Source of the DNA: Octopus bimaculoides
Lineage: Eukaryota
Assembly: GCF_001194135.2 (NCBI RefSeq)
Contig: NC_068986.1
Coordinates: 43,927,351-43,991,350, forward strand
DNA length: 64,000 nucleotides
Reading direction: 5' to 3'
Shown here: positions 52,561-64,000 of the stretch, in pieces
Layout of the letters: every line of letters begins with the position of its first letter
How positions within the stretch are numbered: the stretch's first letter is position 1
The notes under the pieces: model-generated
The model's input: the letters and a program-made list of their open reading frames with translations, nothing else
The model's database searches: none
What the model was told of the DNA's origin: nothing
Translations under genes and position numbers: made by a program

Positions 52561-53910
52561 TTGATATTCAGTGAGAGAGAGTGTTATCCTGAGGTGTGCA
52601 TCAATGTATGTCTGTGTGTGTCTGTCTTAGTATATGTATGTGAGAGTGTACGTATGCGTGAGTGTATGTGTGATAATTTTCCAGCTGTAGAAACTCTGCC
52701 AAATTAGATTGGAGCCTGATGTTGCCATCCGGTTTCACCAGTCCTCAGTCAAATCGTCCAACCCATGCTAGCATGGAAAGCGGACGTTAAACGATGATGA
52801 TGATGATGATGATGATTTGGATTAAAACAATATAACACTTTATCTAAAACTACTATAGACAACTAAGTGAATAATTCAACAACTATGTCACATTTTGTAT
52901 ATGAATGTGTATATATCTGTGAGTGTGTGTGTTTGTTGGGTACACAGACATACATTTACACATACATAAAAATATATGTGACAACTGACAAAGAAAATGA
53001 AGTGAAAATTTATGCGTTCCTCTCATACCCACAGATACTCCATTTGAATTTAACAAGCTTCAGTTTCTAGTCAAACTAAGTTTTGGTATTTCAATTAACA
53101 AATCTCAGGGTCAATCCCTCAAAGCAGTTGGATTTCATTTCTCTACTACATGCTTCTCCTACAGCCAAAACTATGTTGCTTGCTCATGAGTTGGAAGCAA
53201 CAACAATTTATTCATTTGCACAAAAAATTACACAATGAATATTGTTTACTCTGAGGTGCTTCAAGATTGACAGATTTTCATTTCTAAATTCTATTATCAT
53301 TACAATTTGGATATTTTTTAATAAAATATAGATATTTTGAAATAATTACAAGAAAAAAATAAATCGACATATTTATTGTTTACTAATCCAAATATGAACA
53401 GCAGTAACCGGGGAAAATATTTAGCTAGTTGGATATAAAGCTAAAGAGCTTAAGACAATGCACATGTTGATAAAAAACCAGTAAAGATAGATACAAGACA
53501 ATGAAGGCATCTCTGCATGGTCATACAACCTGCTAGAGATAACAGCAATATTTCTCTCAAGTAAGGCAGCGAGCTGGCAGAATCATTAGCATGTCGGGCA
53601 AAATGTTTAGCAGCATTTTGTCAATCCTTAGATTCTGGGTTCAAACGCCACTGAGGTTGACTTGCCTCTCATCCTTTCAGGGTCAATAAAATAAGTACCA
53701 GTTGAACAATGGGGTCAATTTAATTGACTTAGCACCTCCCCAAAATTGCTGGCCTTTTGCCAAAATTTGAAACTAATATTTCTCTCAAGTTACACCTTTA
53801 CTGTCTTAAAAAAATAAAAAGAAAGGTTTTGGATATTCTAGTCAAAATAAGGGATGGTCAGAACTGTCTCCTCAATCAAAAATAAACGACAGCAATAACT
53901 CATAAGGACT

Positions 53911-54400
53911 ACACTGTGTCACATGATTTTCGTCCTTGGATAGCAACTGTTATTTCTTATTTGCTTACCCCTAGAAAATATGAAAAATGGCTAATATTTC
54001 CATCAAACTTTGCTTTTCTTACATTTATTCAAACCCCAACCAATCCCTCTCAACACATGGATCTGATGCTCCCCAACTACTCCTGCTCATCATCAGAGAT
54101 GCACATATTGTCAGCCACTAAGGGACATGCTTAAGTGGTTAAGGTCAAGTAACTGACAAGTAAATCTGTGGTATCGAGCAGAATATTTACTATAATGATA
54201 TTTCTGCTTCAGCCACTCAGTATTGAATCTGTCTGAAATGTAATGGAAAAAAAGGTCAGTCTCAAAACATTGGTGTTCTGGTCACAAAAGCAAAATTTGA
54301 AGGGAATAGTTGTCTTTTCCTTTGATTTCTAGATAGAAGCAGGTAGGAAATAACACTTACTGACCAAAGGGAAAAAAGGAAAAATTTCATTATACAGTGT
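53911..54400. mobile_element. ~490-bp non-autonomous TIR element, copy 2
   Basis: Same family as 12114-12602. Abuts the donor of exon 54416-54649. Confidence 0.7.
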
Positions 54401-54415
54401 TATTTATTAACCTAC

Positions 54416-54649
54416 CCCAGAATAACCAGTTATGTCCTCAAAGTACCGCATCAAACAAACATGGCTTTCTTTCAGAATACCGACATCCTCAGTGACTTCC
54501 ACTCCTTTTTTACGCGCACGAGATGATTTCTTGTCTCTGAGGATAAGATTGTGTTGTATTTTCTTGAATCGGATTTTCAAGTGGTTATCAATTTGAGTTT
54601 GGTAAAATGGAAAAGCTTCATATAATAGCAAGTCTTCATCTACTCGAGC
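54416..54649 (-). CDS. CPSF1: CPSF1 coding exon, ARVDEDLLLYEAFPF...LMRYFEDITGYSG
   Basis: 234 nt, phase 0-0. Resembles human VHVDQELLIYEAFP...FRYFEDIYGYSG. Confidence 0.95.
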
Positions 54650-54949
54650 CTGGAAAATACATATAAAAGCAAAAACAATCAAATGATGTATTATGGAAAT
54701 TTGGAAAAAAAAAGATATATATAGGGTGATAAATCTAATATTAATTCAATTTAAAACCAAGTGGCCTACCATATAAAAAAATCTGAAAATTCAGAGAAAA
54801 TTGTATTACACATGTATAAGGGATGACCACTAGGTGGACATCCAATATGCTAGAAAGAGGTCAGCAACAACCCAGTCACAAAGAAAAATAATGTTCTCCA
54901 GAAAAAACTTCGCTAAGCACCAGAACAAGACAAAATGAGAAATATACAG

Positions 54950-55047
<98 letters not shown>

Positions 55048-55616
55048 AATACAAAATGGGACAAGAACACAAAAAATCCAGACAGTTAGGTGATACAAAA
55101 AAGGGACAACAAAACATCCAAATAGACAATACAAAGAAAACAAGAAGAGGTGATTTGGAGTTTTCTTTCCTCAGTCGAGTTCCAGATTATCTTTGCAATT
55201 TTGGCTGGTTATACTCGAGATTGCTCCAATCTGGCCAGCCCCAAGGAAAAACTAAGCTAACAGTATTAGATCCCTTGAAAGAAAGCAGCGAATGTATACG
55301 AAAACAAGGTAGGGAAAAAAAACGGAGAATGTTACACAAATACAAATAACAGGACATAAAAACAAGTGTCTTTTGACTATGGACAAATTAAATTAAGCTG
55401 GCGCGTGTGGAAATAAAGCTTTACGGCAGGGATACAAGATTTCACAGGCACAGGGAGGAATATAGATGTTGCATGGACGACAGCCGAACCAAGAAAGAAA
55501 GATCAGGCTTGGCCGAACACCAGTCATGTCGGGAGAGAAGAGAGAGAGGTAGGGAAAGAGGAACAGAAGAAAATAATTACAGGGACACAGTGAAGTGAAA
55601 AGAGAAGGATATATAT

Positions 55617-56385
55617 CATCATCATCGTTTAATGTCCGCTTTCCATGCTAGCATGGGTTGGACGATTTGACTGAGGACTGGTGAACCAGATGGCTACACC
55701 AGGCTCCAATCTGATTTGGCAGAGCTTCTACAGCTGGATGCCCTTCCAACGCCAACCACTCCGAGAGTGTAGTGGATGCTTTTACGTGCCACCGGCATGA
55801 AGGCCAGTCAGGTGGTACTGGCAACGACCACGCTCAATCTCACTCGAATGTCTTTACACATGCCACTGGCACAAGTGCCAGGATGGCGATGCTGGGCACA
55901 GGTGCCATCACGATTTTACTTTCGCTTGCCCCAACAGGTCTTCGCAAGCCAAGTTTTGTGTCCAATGAAGGAGAAGACGTTGGCATGGGTGCCAGTCGTC
56001 GAATTTAGTTCGATTTCAATTTCACTTGCCTCAACAGGTCTTCGCAAGCGGAGTTTAGTGTCCAATGAAGGAAGGCACACATAAGGCAGAGGCCTTGGAT
56101 TTAGGTCTCACTTGGCATGCCGGGTCTTCCCATGCACAGCATATTTCCAAAGGTCTCGGTCAGAAGTCATCGCCTCGGTGAGACCCAATGTTCGAAGGTC
56201 ATGCTTCACCACCTCATCCCAGGTCTTCCTAGGCCTACCTCTTCCACAGGTTCCCTCAACTGCTAGGGTGTGGCACTTTTTCACACAGCTATCCTCATCC
56301 ATTCTCGCCACATGACCATACCAGCGCAATCGTCTCTCTCGCATACCACAACTGATGCTTCTTAGGTTCAACTTTTCTCTCAAGG
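55617..56385 (-). mobile_element. RTE-clade LINE 3' fragment
   Basis: ORF 56108-56383 REKLNLRSISCGMRERRLRWYGHVARMDED...GRPRKTWDEVVKHDL, followed by 3' UTR and (GAT)n tail. Confidence 0.9.
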
Positions 56386-56524
56386 TACTTACACTTACCT
56401 ACAATAATTACAGCAGTTGTTGTAAATGCCAGCCTCCACTGTCATTCGTTAAACATGTAGAGAGGTTTTTATCATATTAGAGAATGATGAATGTATTACA
56501 CTAGAGAAGTAAAATTTAGCTTAC

Positions 56525-56642
56525 CAATAAATGAGGCCGTGAATTGCGACAACCAAGCCCAACCAACAGAAGCTCCTTAATAACTGGCATATCACCAATA
56601 ACTTTTTCTTGTCGGTCACTACTACTACTAGTATTGCTCATA
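56525..56642 (-). CDS. CPSF1: CPSF1 coding exon, MSNTSSSSDRQEKVIGDMPVIKELLLVGLGCRNSRPHLL
   Basis: 118 nt, tgcag / gtaag, phase 2-0. Resembles human [24 protein letters not shown]. Confidence 0.93.
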
Positions 56643-57884
56643 CTGCAAAAGAAAAAGAAAACGATTATTTGGAGGGGGGGGTTGTTAGTTTGTTTGGATT
56701 TGGTGAATGAGGTCATTTTTTTTTTTATCTGAATAAACGGAAATAAATCAAAACATGACTGTGTATTTAATCCTTTGACACCAACTCAACTAAGACGACC
56801 TTTAATTCAATTACACAAAGAAAAAAAACATCCATTTTAAAATTTTCATATTTACATTACGATCATCCAACAATTTTTTATATAACAACCTTTTGTTAAC
56901 TTATGTTCCAAACATAGGCTGCATTACGAAGAAGTTGCTTATTTTACGAAATCCTTCCAAAATTAATTGAAACATAAAGGTAGTATATTTCAATAGAAAT
57001 CATTATCATTATTCTATTGTTCATTTTTCCATCTTGCATGAGTAAGATGAGTCAGACAAAAACTTGTTGAGGTAGATTTCCTGTGGCTAGATGCTCTTGC
57101 AATAACCAACCCTCCCTTGTTTCCAAGAAAGGTAATATTTGCCAGTCATTTATTCAACCAAATGAACACCTCGGAGGCCAAATACATTTTCATAAAAGAT
57201 TGTAAGCAAATGATACTGTCTGTAGGAACAGCGATTTAATTTTCAATATATGCACAAACAAGAGGAAGACAAAAAACACATAACATGACAATCTTCTTTC
57301 AGTTTCCATCTACCAATTCTATAAAATATAAGTCAGTCTGCAACCATAGTAGAAGATGTCAACTAAAGCAGAAGATGCCATGCAGTGGAAATGAACTTTA
57401 TGCCACATAGTTCTCACGCAGACTTGTTAACCACCAAGCCATCCCTACACTTATATGCGGTGACATTTGTGACTGAAGGAAGACCCCTTCAGTCACAAAT
57501 GATCATGGGATTACACCAAGAAAGTTCCCCTCCAAGGCACAAGTCCAGGCAAAATTGTTTGTGGAAGATCAGCAGTCACCCATGCATATCAGTTGTTGTT
57601 CAAGAGAAAGGCAAAGACCAATACAGCTTGGCACCAGTGATGTTGCAACTCATTTCTACAGCCGAGTGAACTGGAGCAATGTGAAATAAACAAATATTAA
57701 AAAATATGAAGCAGCCCAAATGGATAAGTTTTGATACCTCTCACTTACTGATCAATAGATAGTTTTTGTCCTGCAGCAAATTATATCAAAAGGCAACACA
57801 CTTAACTCTTTAACAGAGTAATCTGAAGATCACTCTGTCAAATGTAATGCTTATTTCTCCATATTGCTTTGAATTCATCATATA

Positions 57885-58823
57885 TGAAGTGGAATCAAAA
57901 AGTTCCAGGACTAGTTATGTTTAATAAAAAATAACTTATTTACCTAAGTTTTAACATCACCTTCTTCCAACATCATCTTCTTCCAAACAGTCACCTTATA
58001 CAGCAATACAACCATCCCAGTATTCCTGTCACTTTTGGAATCCAGCCTGGAAGTCATTTTCCATAAGCAAGACAAGGACCTTCTGCAATTCCCTCTGGAT
58101 ATCAACAGTGTTAAAACAGTGACCTTTGAGCTGCAATTCTCTCTGGATATCAACAGTGTTAAAACAGTGACCTTTGAGCTGCATTTTCATCTTGAGGAAG
58201 AGATGGAAGTCTACAGGTGATAAGTCTGATGAATAGGACAAGTGCAAAAATGATACCTTGTTGATTTTGGCAACAAACTCGTGAGTGAGGAGAGTTTGGT
58301 GACAGGGTGCATTGTCATCATGAAGAATCCAATTCTTTGCGCTCCACAGATCCAGTCGCTTTCACTAAATGTCCTCCCTCAAACACTTCAAAACGTCACA
58401 GTAGAACTCTCAATTGATGGTCTGGCCCTGGGGGACAAATTCTCAATGCACAATACCACATTTCCATAAGTGATGCTTGTAGCAGGTCTTCCAAGGATGT
58501 TCTTCCACTTTTGAAGTGCCTGTTCCACTCGAAACACTGTGTACCACCTGTTGCCTCATCGCCGTAAGATTGTCAAAGTATTTCAATGTCTCTGTAGCAG
58601 ACTTACCAAGTTTAACACAAAATTTCACACTGGCGTTTTGTTCCTGTCCATGATAAAATCGCAGGCTACAGCATACATGTGATCAGAAAAACAGAAATTT
58701 TACAACTTGTGAAGTAAACACATCGATGAAGGTCACTGCTTGCTCTCACTGCACACGCAGCTGTGTGCTGTCATCTGTTGGCATGCTACAGAACTAGTCT
58801 GGAAACTTTTTGAAACCACCTCA
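57885..58823 (-). mobile_element. Internally deleted mariner transposon
   Basis: ~30-bp TIRs (tgaagtggaatcaaaaagttccaggactag / ctagtctggaaactttttgaaaccacctca) with TA on both sides. Transposase remnants KFCVKLGKSATETL (N-terminus) and YSSDLSPVDFHLFLKMK (YSPDL-type motif). Confidence 0.88.
58083..58185. repeat. 48-bp tandem duplication inside the mariner remnant
   Basis: Translates on the minus strand as LKGHCFNTVDIQRELQ twice. Confidence 0.9.
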
Positions 58824-60057
58824 TATAATCTCATCCCTTTCAGATTTCAATGATCTGATTGCTTATATTTTGAATAATATTGTATAAGTATGAGAGGCTG
58901 GATCTTGCTTGCTTGAACATAAAACAAGTAGAATATTTAGTTTAAAAGCTAAAGGGTTAAATCTACTTGACTAAGCTATCATGCATAATTAATAAATCAT
59001 TATAATCTCTAAATCTTCTTATGTTCTTGGGATGACTTTAAATTGCATCTAGTATTGAGGTCTGTTTCAGGAGTTCCAAGATTTGTGGGAGTGTAGAACC
59101 ACCTCTTAACTATTATTGTTCCCAGGTCTATTCTGACCCAGAGTACTAGCACCTGTCAGGGTCCCAGATCTGAGTTAATTAGCACGTAAATAAAGTCAGC
59201 TGTAAACATGGGAATAAACAGCCCCAGATCAATCAAATCACGGATGGCACCTTGCTAAAGCCTCACATCTTATAAGCACCCAAGCCACAGTTAAGTTGAA
59301 ATCATGGGATGCAGTATGGCAGACATGAACTATTGAGCCAATGGCAAATGTCACTAAATGCTGAGCAGATGAACAGTCAACAAACTGTCAATGGCCAGGA
59401 TCAACCAGTTTAGTTAGCAATCTACTGCTATCATTTGTAGTCACAGCAACCGCAGATGAGACATTCAGCTATTGATTAACTAATATGATTTATTGGTCTG
59501 GGCGAGTTGCCTGACTGAATCCTGATTAGGATGATGATGACGGCCTCTAAATTATAATTTGGTAGATGTAAGAATATTACCTCAAAAGAAAAAGAATTAT
59601 ATAATTTATTCAGAAAACATTAATATAAAAAACAACTGCATAAAGAAGTGCCAATCCCTAAATGTAGAGGGAACCTGTGGAGGAGGTAGGCCCAAGAAGA
59701 CATGGGACAAGGCAATGATGTAAGATCTTCAGGTGCTGAATTTCATGGAGACAATGACAAGTGACCAAGACCTTTGTCGATTTGCTGTTTGATAAGACAC
59801 TTCAAGCCAAGTTAAATTGTAGTCGTAGCCAGTGTCGGAAACACATAAAACACACCCATACCAGTGACATGTAAAAGGCACCCACTACATTCTGTGGAGT
59901 GGTTGGCACTAGGAAGAGCACCCAGCCATAGAAACCAAGCCAAAACACACTGGAGCCTGCTGCAGCTCTCTGGCTTACCAGATCCAGTCAAACCATCTAA
60001 CCCATGCCAGCATGGAAAACAGATACTAAATGATGATGATGATGATTATATATATAT

Positions 60058-60108
<51 letters not shown>

Positions 60109-60191
60109 TGGAAACAAGCTTTTTTTTTTCACATAATAAATGGAAACTATCCTAGAACTTAAGGATGGAAGAGACACAGCATTTTACATAC

Positions 60192-60301
60192 CTAGGCCTT
60201 ACAGATAATTCTGTCATTTGCACACTGTCCACCAAAACCTTTTGTCCCATAGGAAAATTCTTTACATAATAGGTCATTCGAAAATCAGGTAAGGTATAAA
60301 T
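60192..60301 (-). CDS. CPSF1: CPSF1 coding exon, IYTLPDFRMTYYVKNFPMGQKVLVDSVQMTELSVRP
   Basis: 110 nt, phase 0-2. Resembles human [26 protein letters not shown]. The gtatg donor was chosen because it keeps frame with the next exon. Confidence 0.92.
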
Positions 60302-60740
60302 CTGCAAAGAAAATAATGAGATACTTCTTGATTTTTCTTTTTTACACACTTGAAATAGACAAAAAAAAACAAACACAAAGAGCAACACTGGTATACAGGA
60401 AGCAAAGTGATCCCTTCCCAAATAGAATCAAAACAAAAGAAAAGATTCTACAAAAAGTATACCACCACAACAAAGCATAATATCATCCTCTCATATTTAT
60501 ACATCATCATTTAACATCATTTTTCCATTCATGCATGGATTAAATGAAATTTAAGGCAGATTTTCTGCAACTGGATGCCCTTCCTATTGCCAACCCTCAC
60601 TATTTTCCCATAGCTAGACATGTTTCTCCAGGAAGACTGGAAATGAACAAGCTTGCTTGTATGACAATGATGCTCTTTTACAATAATCACATGATATCTA
60701 GACAAGGGTACACACAAACACACATATATACATAGACATA

Positions 60741-61600
60741 CAGGGTGCAATGAGTAAATTGTCACCATTTTATATTTTTAATTTCGTGCATGTGCATTAT
60801 TTGCTTTTGATTTTGTCGACTACACATTATAGTATGGTCAGTTGGGCACTGTCTGTGAGAAAAACATCACCATGATGCAATTCACTCTGCCAGAAATTTG
60901 GAAACATGTTGTACTGCTTGGCATTTGTGCCGGAAGCTCCAATATGAACAGATGGTGAACACACAGAACAAATATTGGCTTGCTGTGTCTCTAAAACATG
61001 TACCGAGAGTGATAAAAATCAAACTTCCAGTTAACATCATGGTGTTTGGAGTGATCACTAGTGATGGTGACATTATGCCTCCATTCATCTTCCCACACGG
61101 CCTCAGACTCAACATGGAGGCCTACATCAAGTGCCTGGAGGAGGTAATGCTGCCCTAGGTCAAGAGGGTGGCTACTGGAAGACTATGTCTGGCAACAGGA
61201 CCCTGCACCAAGCCACACAAGCAGGAGAATCCAGTCATGGCTGTCAGACAATTTCTGCAATCACATCACTCCTAACATCTGGCCACCTAACTTCCCAGAC
61301 TGCAACCCCCTTGAGCGAGAGGCCAACAAAACTCCTTGTAACATCAAAGATGAACTGAAAGCAAGGATTATGACAGCATTCACCAACTTAAACAAGGAGA
61401 CCGTCCAGAAGAATTGCAGGAGATTCTGAAGTTATCCAGAGGCCGTGGTTGAAGCCAATGGCAATTTTATTGAATAAATTTACTCTTTAGTATTTCAAGA
61501 TATTTTTATGTAATTTTGGAAAATATATCTGCTAAAATGATACGTCAGTGTTATTTTCATTTTTGCATAATTTAGACAACAATATATTCACCAGACCCTG
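60741..61600 (+). mobile_element. Deleted Tc1/mariner element, maT (DD37D)-like
   Basis: TA|cagggt ... accctg|TA termini. Remnants VPRVIKIKLPVNIMVFGVITSDGDIMPPFIF, WQQDPAPSH and WPPNFPDCNPL across frameshifts. Confidence 0.82.
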
Positions 61601-62375
61601 TACATATATACATTAAGTGGTCAACATAAGGAAGAGCATCCAGCCATAGAAACCATGCCACAACTGACAGTTGGAGTCTGAACAGCTCCCTCATGTCAAA
61701 CCGTCCAGCCCAAGCCAGCATGAAGAGCAGACATTAAACAATGATGATGATTCAATGGCCCTTATTCAGTTTCCCTCTAGTAAATCTACTCACAAGGCTT
61801 TGGTTAGCCTGGGACAATAATAAAGGACTGTCCAAGGCGCAACACAGTGGGACTAAACCCAAGACTACATGGTTGGGAAGCAAACATACCAGCATCCTAA
61901 TCTTTTATGCAGAAATAATTGGATTACTCAGTATAACACCATTACATGACTGGGGTGCTTTTAGTGGAATCCATTTTGATGCAAGTGTTCAGGCTAGATG
62001 TCTGGTCTAAGGATAATTTCCTCCCTTCCAGCCCTGGAAACCCCTGAAAAAGGTCATAAATCATCATCATCATCGTTTAACGTCTGCTTTGCATGCTAGC
62101 ATGGGTTGGACAATTTGATTGAGGACTGGTGAACCAGATGGTTACACCAGGCTCCCTTTTTCCTTTAATAAATCCACTAAAGAAAATTACACCAGCTAAT
62201 GACTTTGATGACCAACCATGTCTTCGATTTTACTTCCATTCATCTTCTTTCACATAATGTACCACTTCACAGTCATATTCAGCTCATTCCTCAGAAATCA
62301 CTTCACTCTTCAAAGCACTACCCTGTTTCATTGCCTTATGGAATTACGCATCTCAAACTAAATGTTTAAACTCAC

Positions 62376-62454
62376 CTCAAGTACACCATTTTCCCGACAT
62401 ATTACAACCCAATAAGAAGCTTTTATTTCTTTTTTTTGGTAGATATCAGATGGA
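62376..62454 (-). CDS. CPSF1: CPSF1 coding exon, PSDIYQKKEIKASYWVVICRENGVLE
   Basis: 79 nt, ttcag / gtgag boundaries, phase 2-0. Resembles human THWCLLVRENGTME. Confidence 0.92.
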
Positions 62455-62782
62455 CTGAAGATGAAATGAAATGAAAACAATCAATGTAATGAGCTGCACT
62501 AATTAGCAATAATTACAGTAAGAGTAAAATTTTAGAAGGTAACGTAAACAAAATTTCTTAATGAAAATATATCAGACTTAACAAATTCACTAAATCATAA
62601 GCACATATAGAGTTACAGGCTCGCTCTCTGAGTTTAAAGCTAAGATGCTTTCTGTAGAAGTTCATTTTGCAACCACATCGTTTCAGGTTCAGTCCCACCA
62701 CAGAACCTAGAGTAAGGTTCTTCTACTATAACCTCAGGTTGGCCAAATGCCTTGTGAGGGAATTTAGTTGGTAGTGTAGGAG

Positions 62783-62834
<52 letters not shown>

Positions 62835-63762
62835 ACACATATGTTGGTGTGTGCATGCATGTCTTTGTCTCCCATTGCTTGTAAATGGTACTGGTTTGTT
62901 TATGCTTCCATAGCTTGGTGGTTTAGCAAAAGGAATTGACAGAAAAAGTACCAGGCTTAAAATAAGCACTGCTAGGGGTGGGGAGTCAATTGCCAATCTG
63001 ATTGACTGAAGCTTTCAAGGTGTGTGCCCCTATCATGACTGCTGTCCAATGACTAAAACAAGTAAAAGGCTAAAAGAAAAGAACATTTTTATGTGTTGCT
63101 GGTAGAACCATCAATATTCAATATTAGCCTGTGGGAAGATATGAAATAAGTACTGTATGCTAACACTCAGTAATTATAGTGATGACACAGCTTATAGATT
63201 TGTACTCCTTACAAAACTAATCTATTGCTAGAATTGGGCCAGTGAGAGCTGAATGCTTTTGTCAGATACACAGCATATTACTGAAGACAGAAGTTGAAAC
63301 CTCTGTCCATTACTGGCAAGACTATACCATGTTCATTTCTGCTTTCAACTTATCTAGCACTAAATAAATTTCTTGCTTTTAATCCTAACATAACTAGTTC
63401 AATACAGGCAATGTGAACATAGCTAGATGCCTAATTATCTTCTAAAAGTGACAAAAGGTCCAGCATAATAACAAATTTAAAGACAGAAAAATAACTTAGT
63501 AAACGAATAGCTAATTCAAGCATTATGTTAACAAACTGCTTTGTCATAGGTAGCTCTTAGTTTAAAACTGGATACAGCTAGATTGATCTCTAACATTCTA
63601 AAAATCAATCAACAGACTCATTATATTCAATGAATAAATTCTGGAGACCCAAAATATGTCTATCAGACTTATGTTTATGACTTATCAGAAACTACCTGAT
63701 ATATGTATACTCAATCAGTTTAATTGAAGTTTCCAAATAGTCATTATCAAATGATTTATTAC

Positions 63763-63858
63763 CTCTGTTTAGGAGCATGTTTATTGCTATTGTTTACAGT
63801 TTTCCCAAACACAGATTCAGATTCTCCATACAGTAATTCATCTTCATCATCAATGAAG
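63763..63858 (-). CDS. CPSF1: CPSF1 coding exon (first in window), FIDDEDELLYGESESVFGKTVNNSNKHAPKQ
   Basis: 96 nt, AG acceptor and GT donor, phase 2-2. Resembles the human CPSF1 motif VDDEEEMLYGDS and is in frame with the next exon. Confidence 0.9.
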
Positions 63859-64000
63859 CTGGAGAGAGAGGAAATAAAATAAAAAAGGTTACAAACATGA
63901 AAATAATAGGGGAAAAATAACGTTTTGGTAAATCATATAAATTTCAATGTACTATTTCAAACACACGTACACACATGAATATACACATAAATGGTCACAT

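Larger units (their letters stand above)
57806..58956. mobile_element. piggyBac-like MITE copy split by the mariner element
   Basis: ttaa|ctcttt ... aaaggg|ttaa. The two halves rejoin across the TA mariner insertion to match the 20262 copy. Confidence 0.7.
1..62160. repeat. Dispersed RTE-tail-derived short repeats (many copies)
   Basis: The motif catcatcatcgtttaa(c/t)gtcc...ccatgctggcatgggttgga...cagctggatgcccttcc recurs at about 1-130, 240-470, 2570-2900, 4815-5265, 7030-7190, 16460-16670, 18370-18790, 22070-22300, 23115-23360, 26300-26500, 34480-34885, 38715-38850, 47640-47840, 52681-52815, 59660-60045, 61620-61750 and 62060-62155 (approximate limits). Confidence 0.85.
1030..62835. repeat. 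Microsatellites (TA)n, (TG/CA)n, (GA/CT)n, (CAT/GAT)n throughout
   Basis: Examples: 1030-1101, 17070-17095, 17745-17795, 18975-19035, 27935-27985, 28730-28862, 29655-29692, 54955-55045, 62785-62835. Most N-gaps abut such tracts. Confidence 0.95.

Noticed and set aside
55150-55180. CTGAGGA on the minus strand as a hammerhead core in the 54830-55610 repeat-like block
   Set aside because: No GAAA follows the putative stem II.
1-64000. Intronic AATAAA sites as CPSF1 autoregulatory polyadenylation signals
   Set aside because: The hexamer is expected very often at this AT content, and no site can be singled out without 3'-end sequencing.

Overview
AT-rich, microsatellite-rich animal genomic DNA with 11 N-gaps, most flanked by (TA)n or other simple repeats. 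The repeat content suggests a coleoid cephalopod, probably Octopus (inference). The whole window lies inside one minus-strand gene, CPSF1 (CPSF160, the large subunit of cleavage and polyadenylation specificity factor). I traced 18 coding exons from 63858 down to 1533. All have AG/GT boundaries and compatible phases, and they join into one open frame of 2098 nt (699 full codons), roughly the C-terminal half of the protein. The 5' exons lie beyond 64000, and I could not find the short terminal exon inside the window. The introns are filled with mobile DNA: a decayed hAT (Charlie/Buster-type) transposon, deleted mariner and maT/Tc1 elements, several MITE families (hAT, TA-TSD and TTAA/piggyBac-like), RTE-clade LINE 3' fragments, and at least three tRNA-headed SINE families, often nested in one another. 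I found no second confident protein-coding gene, rRNA, true tRNA or CRISPR array. The most unusual structures are a ~580-bp foldback whose arms carry hammerhead-ribozyme-like motifs (33378-33958), a perfect 75-bp inverted repeat (10824-11140), an antisense CCAAT/TATA-sORF-polyA unit (40317-41362) and inverted young LINE tails bracketing an in-frame exon. Ortholog and family comparisons are from memory and need database confirmation.
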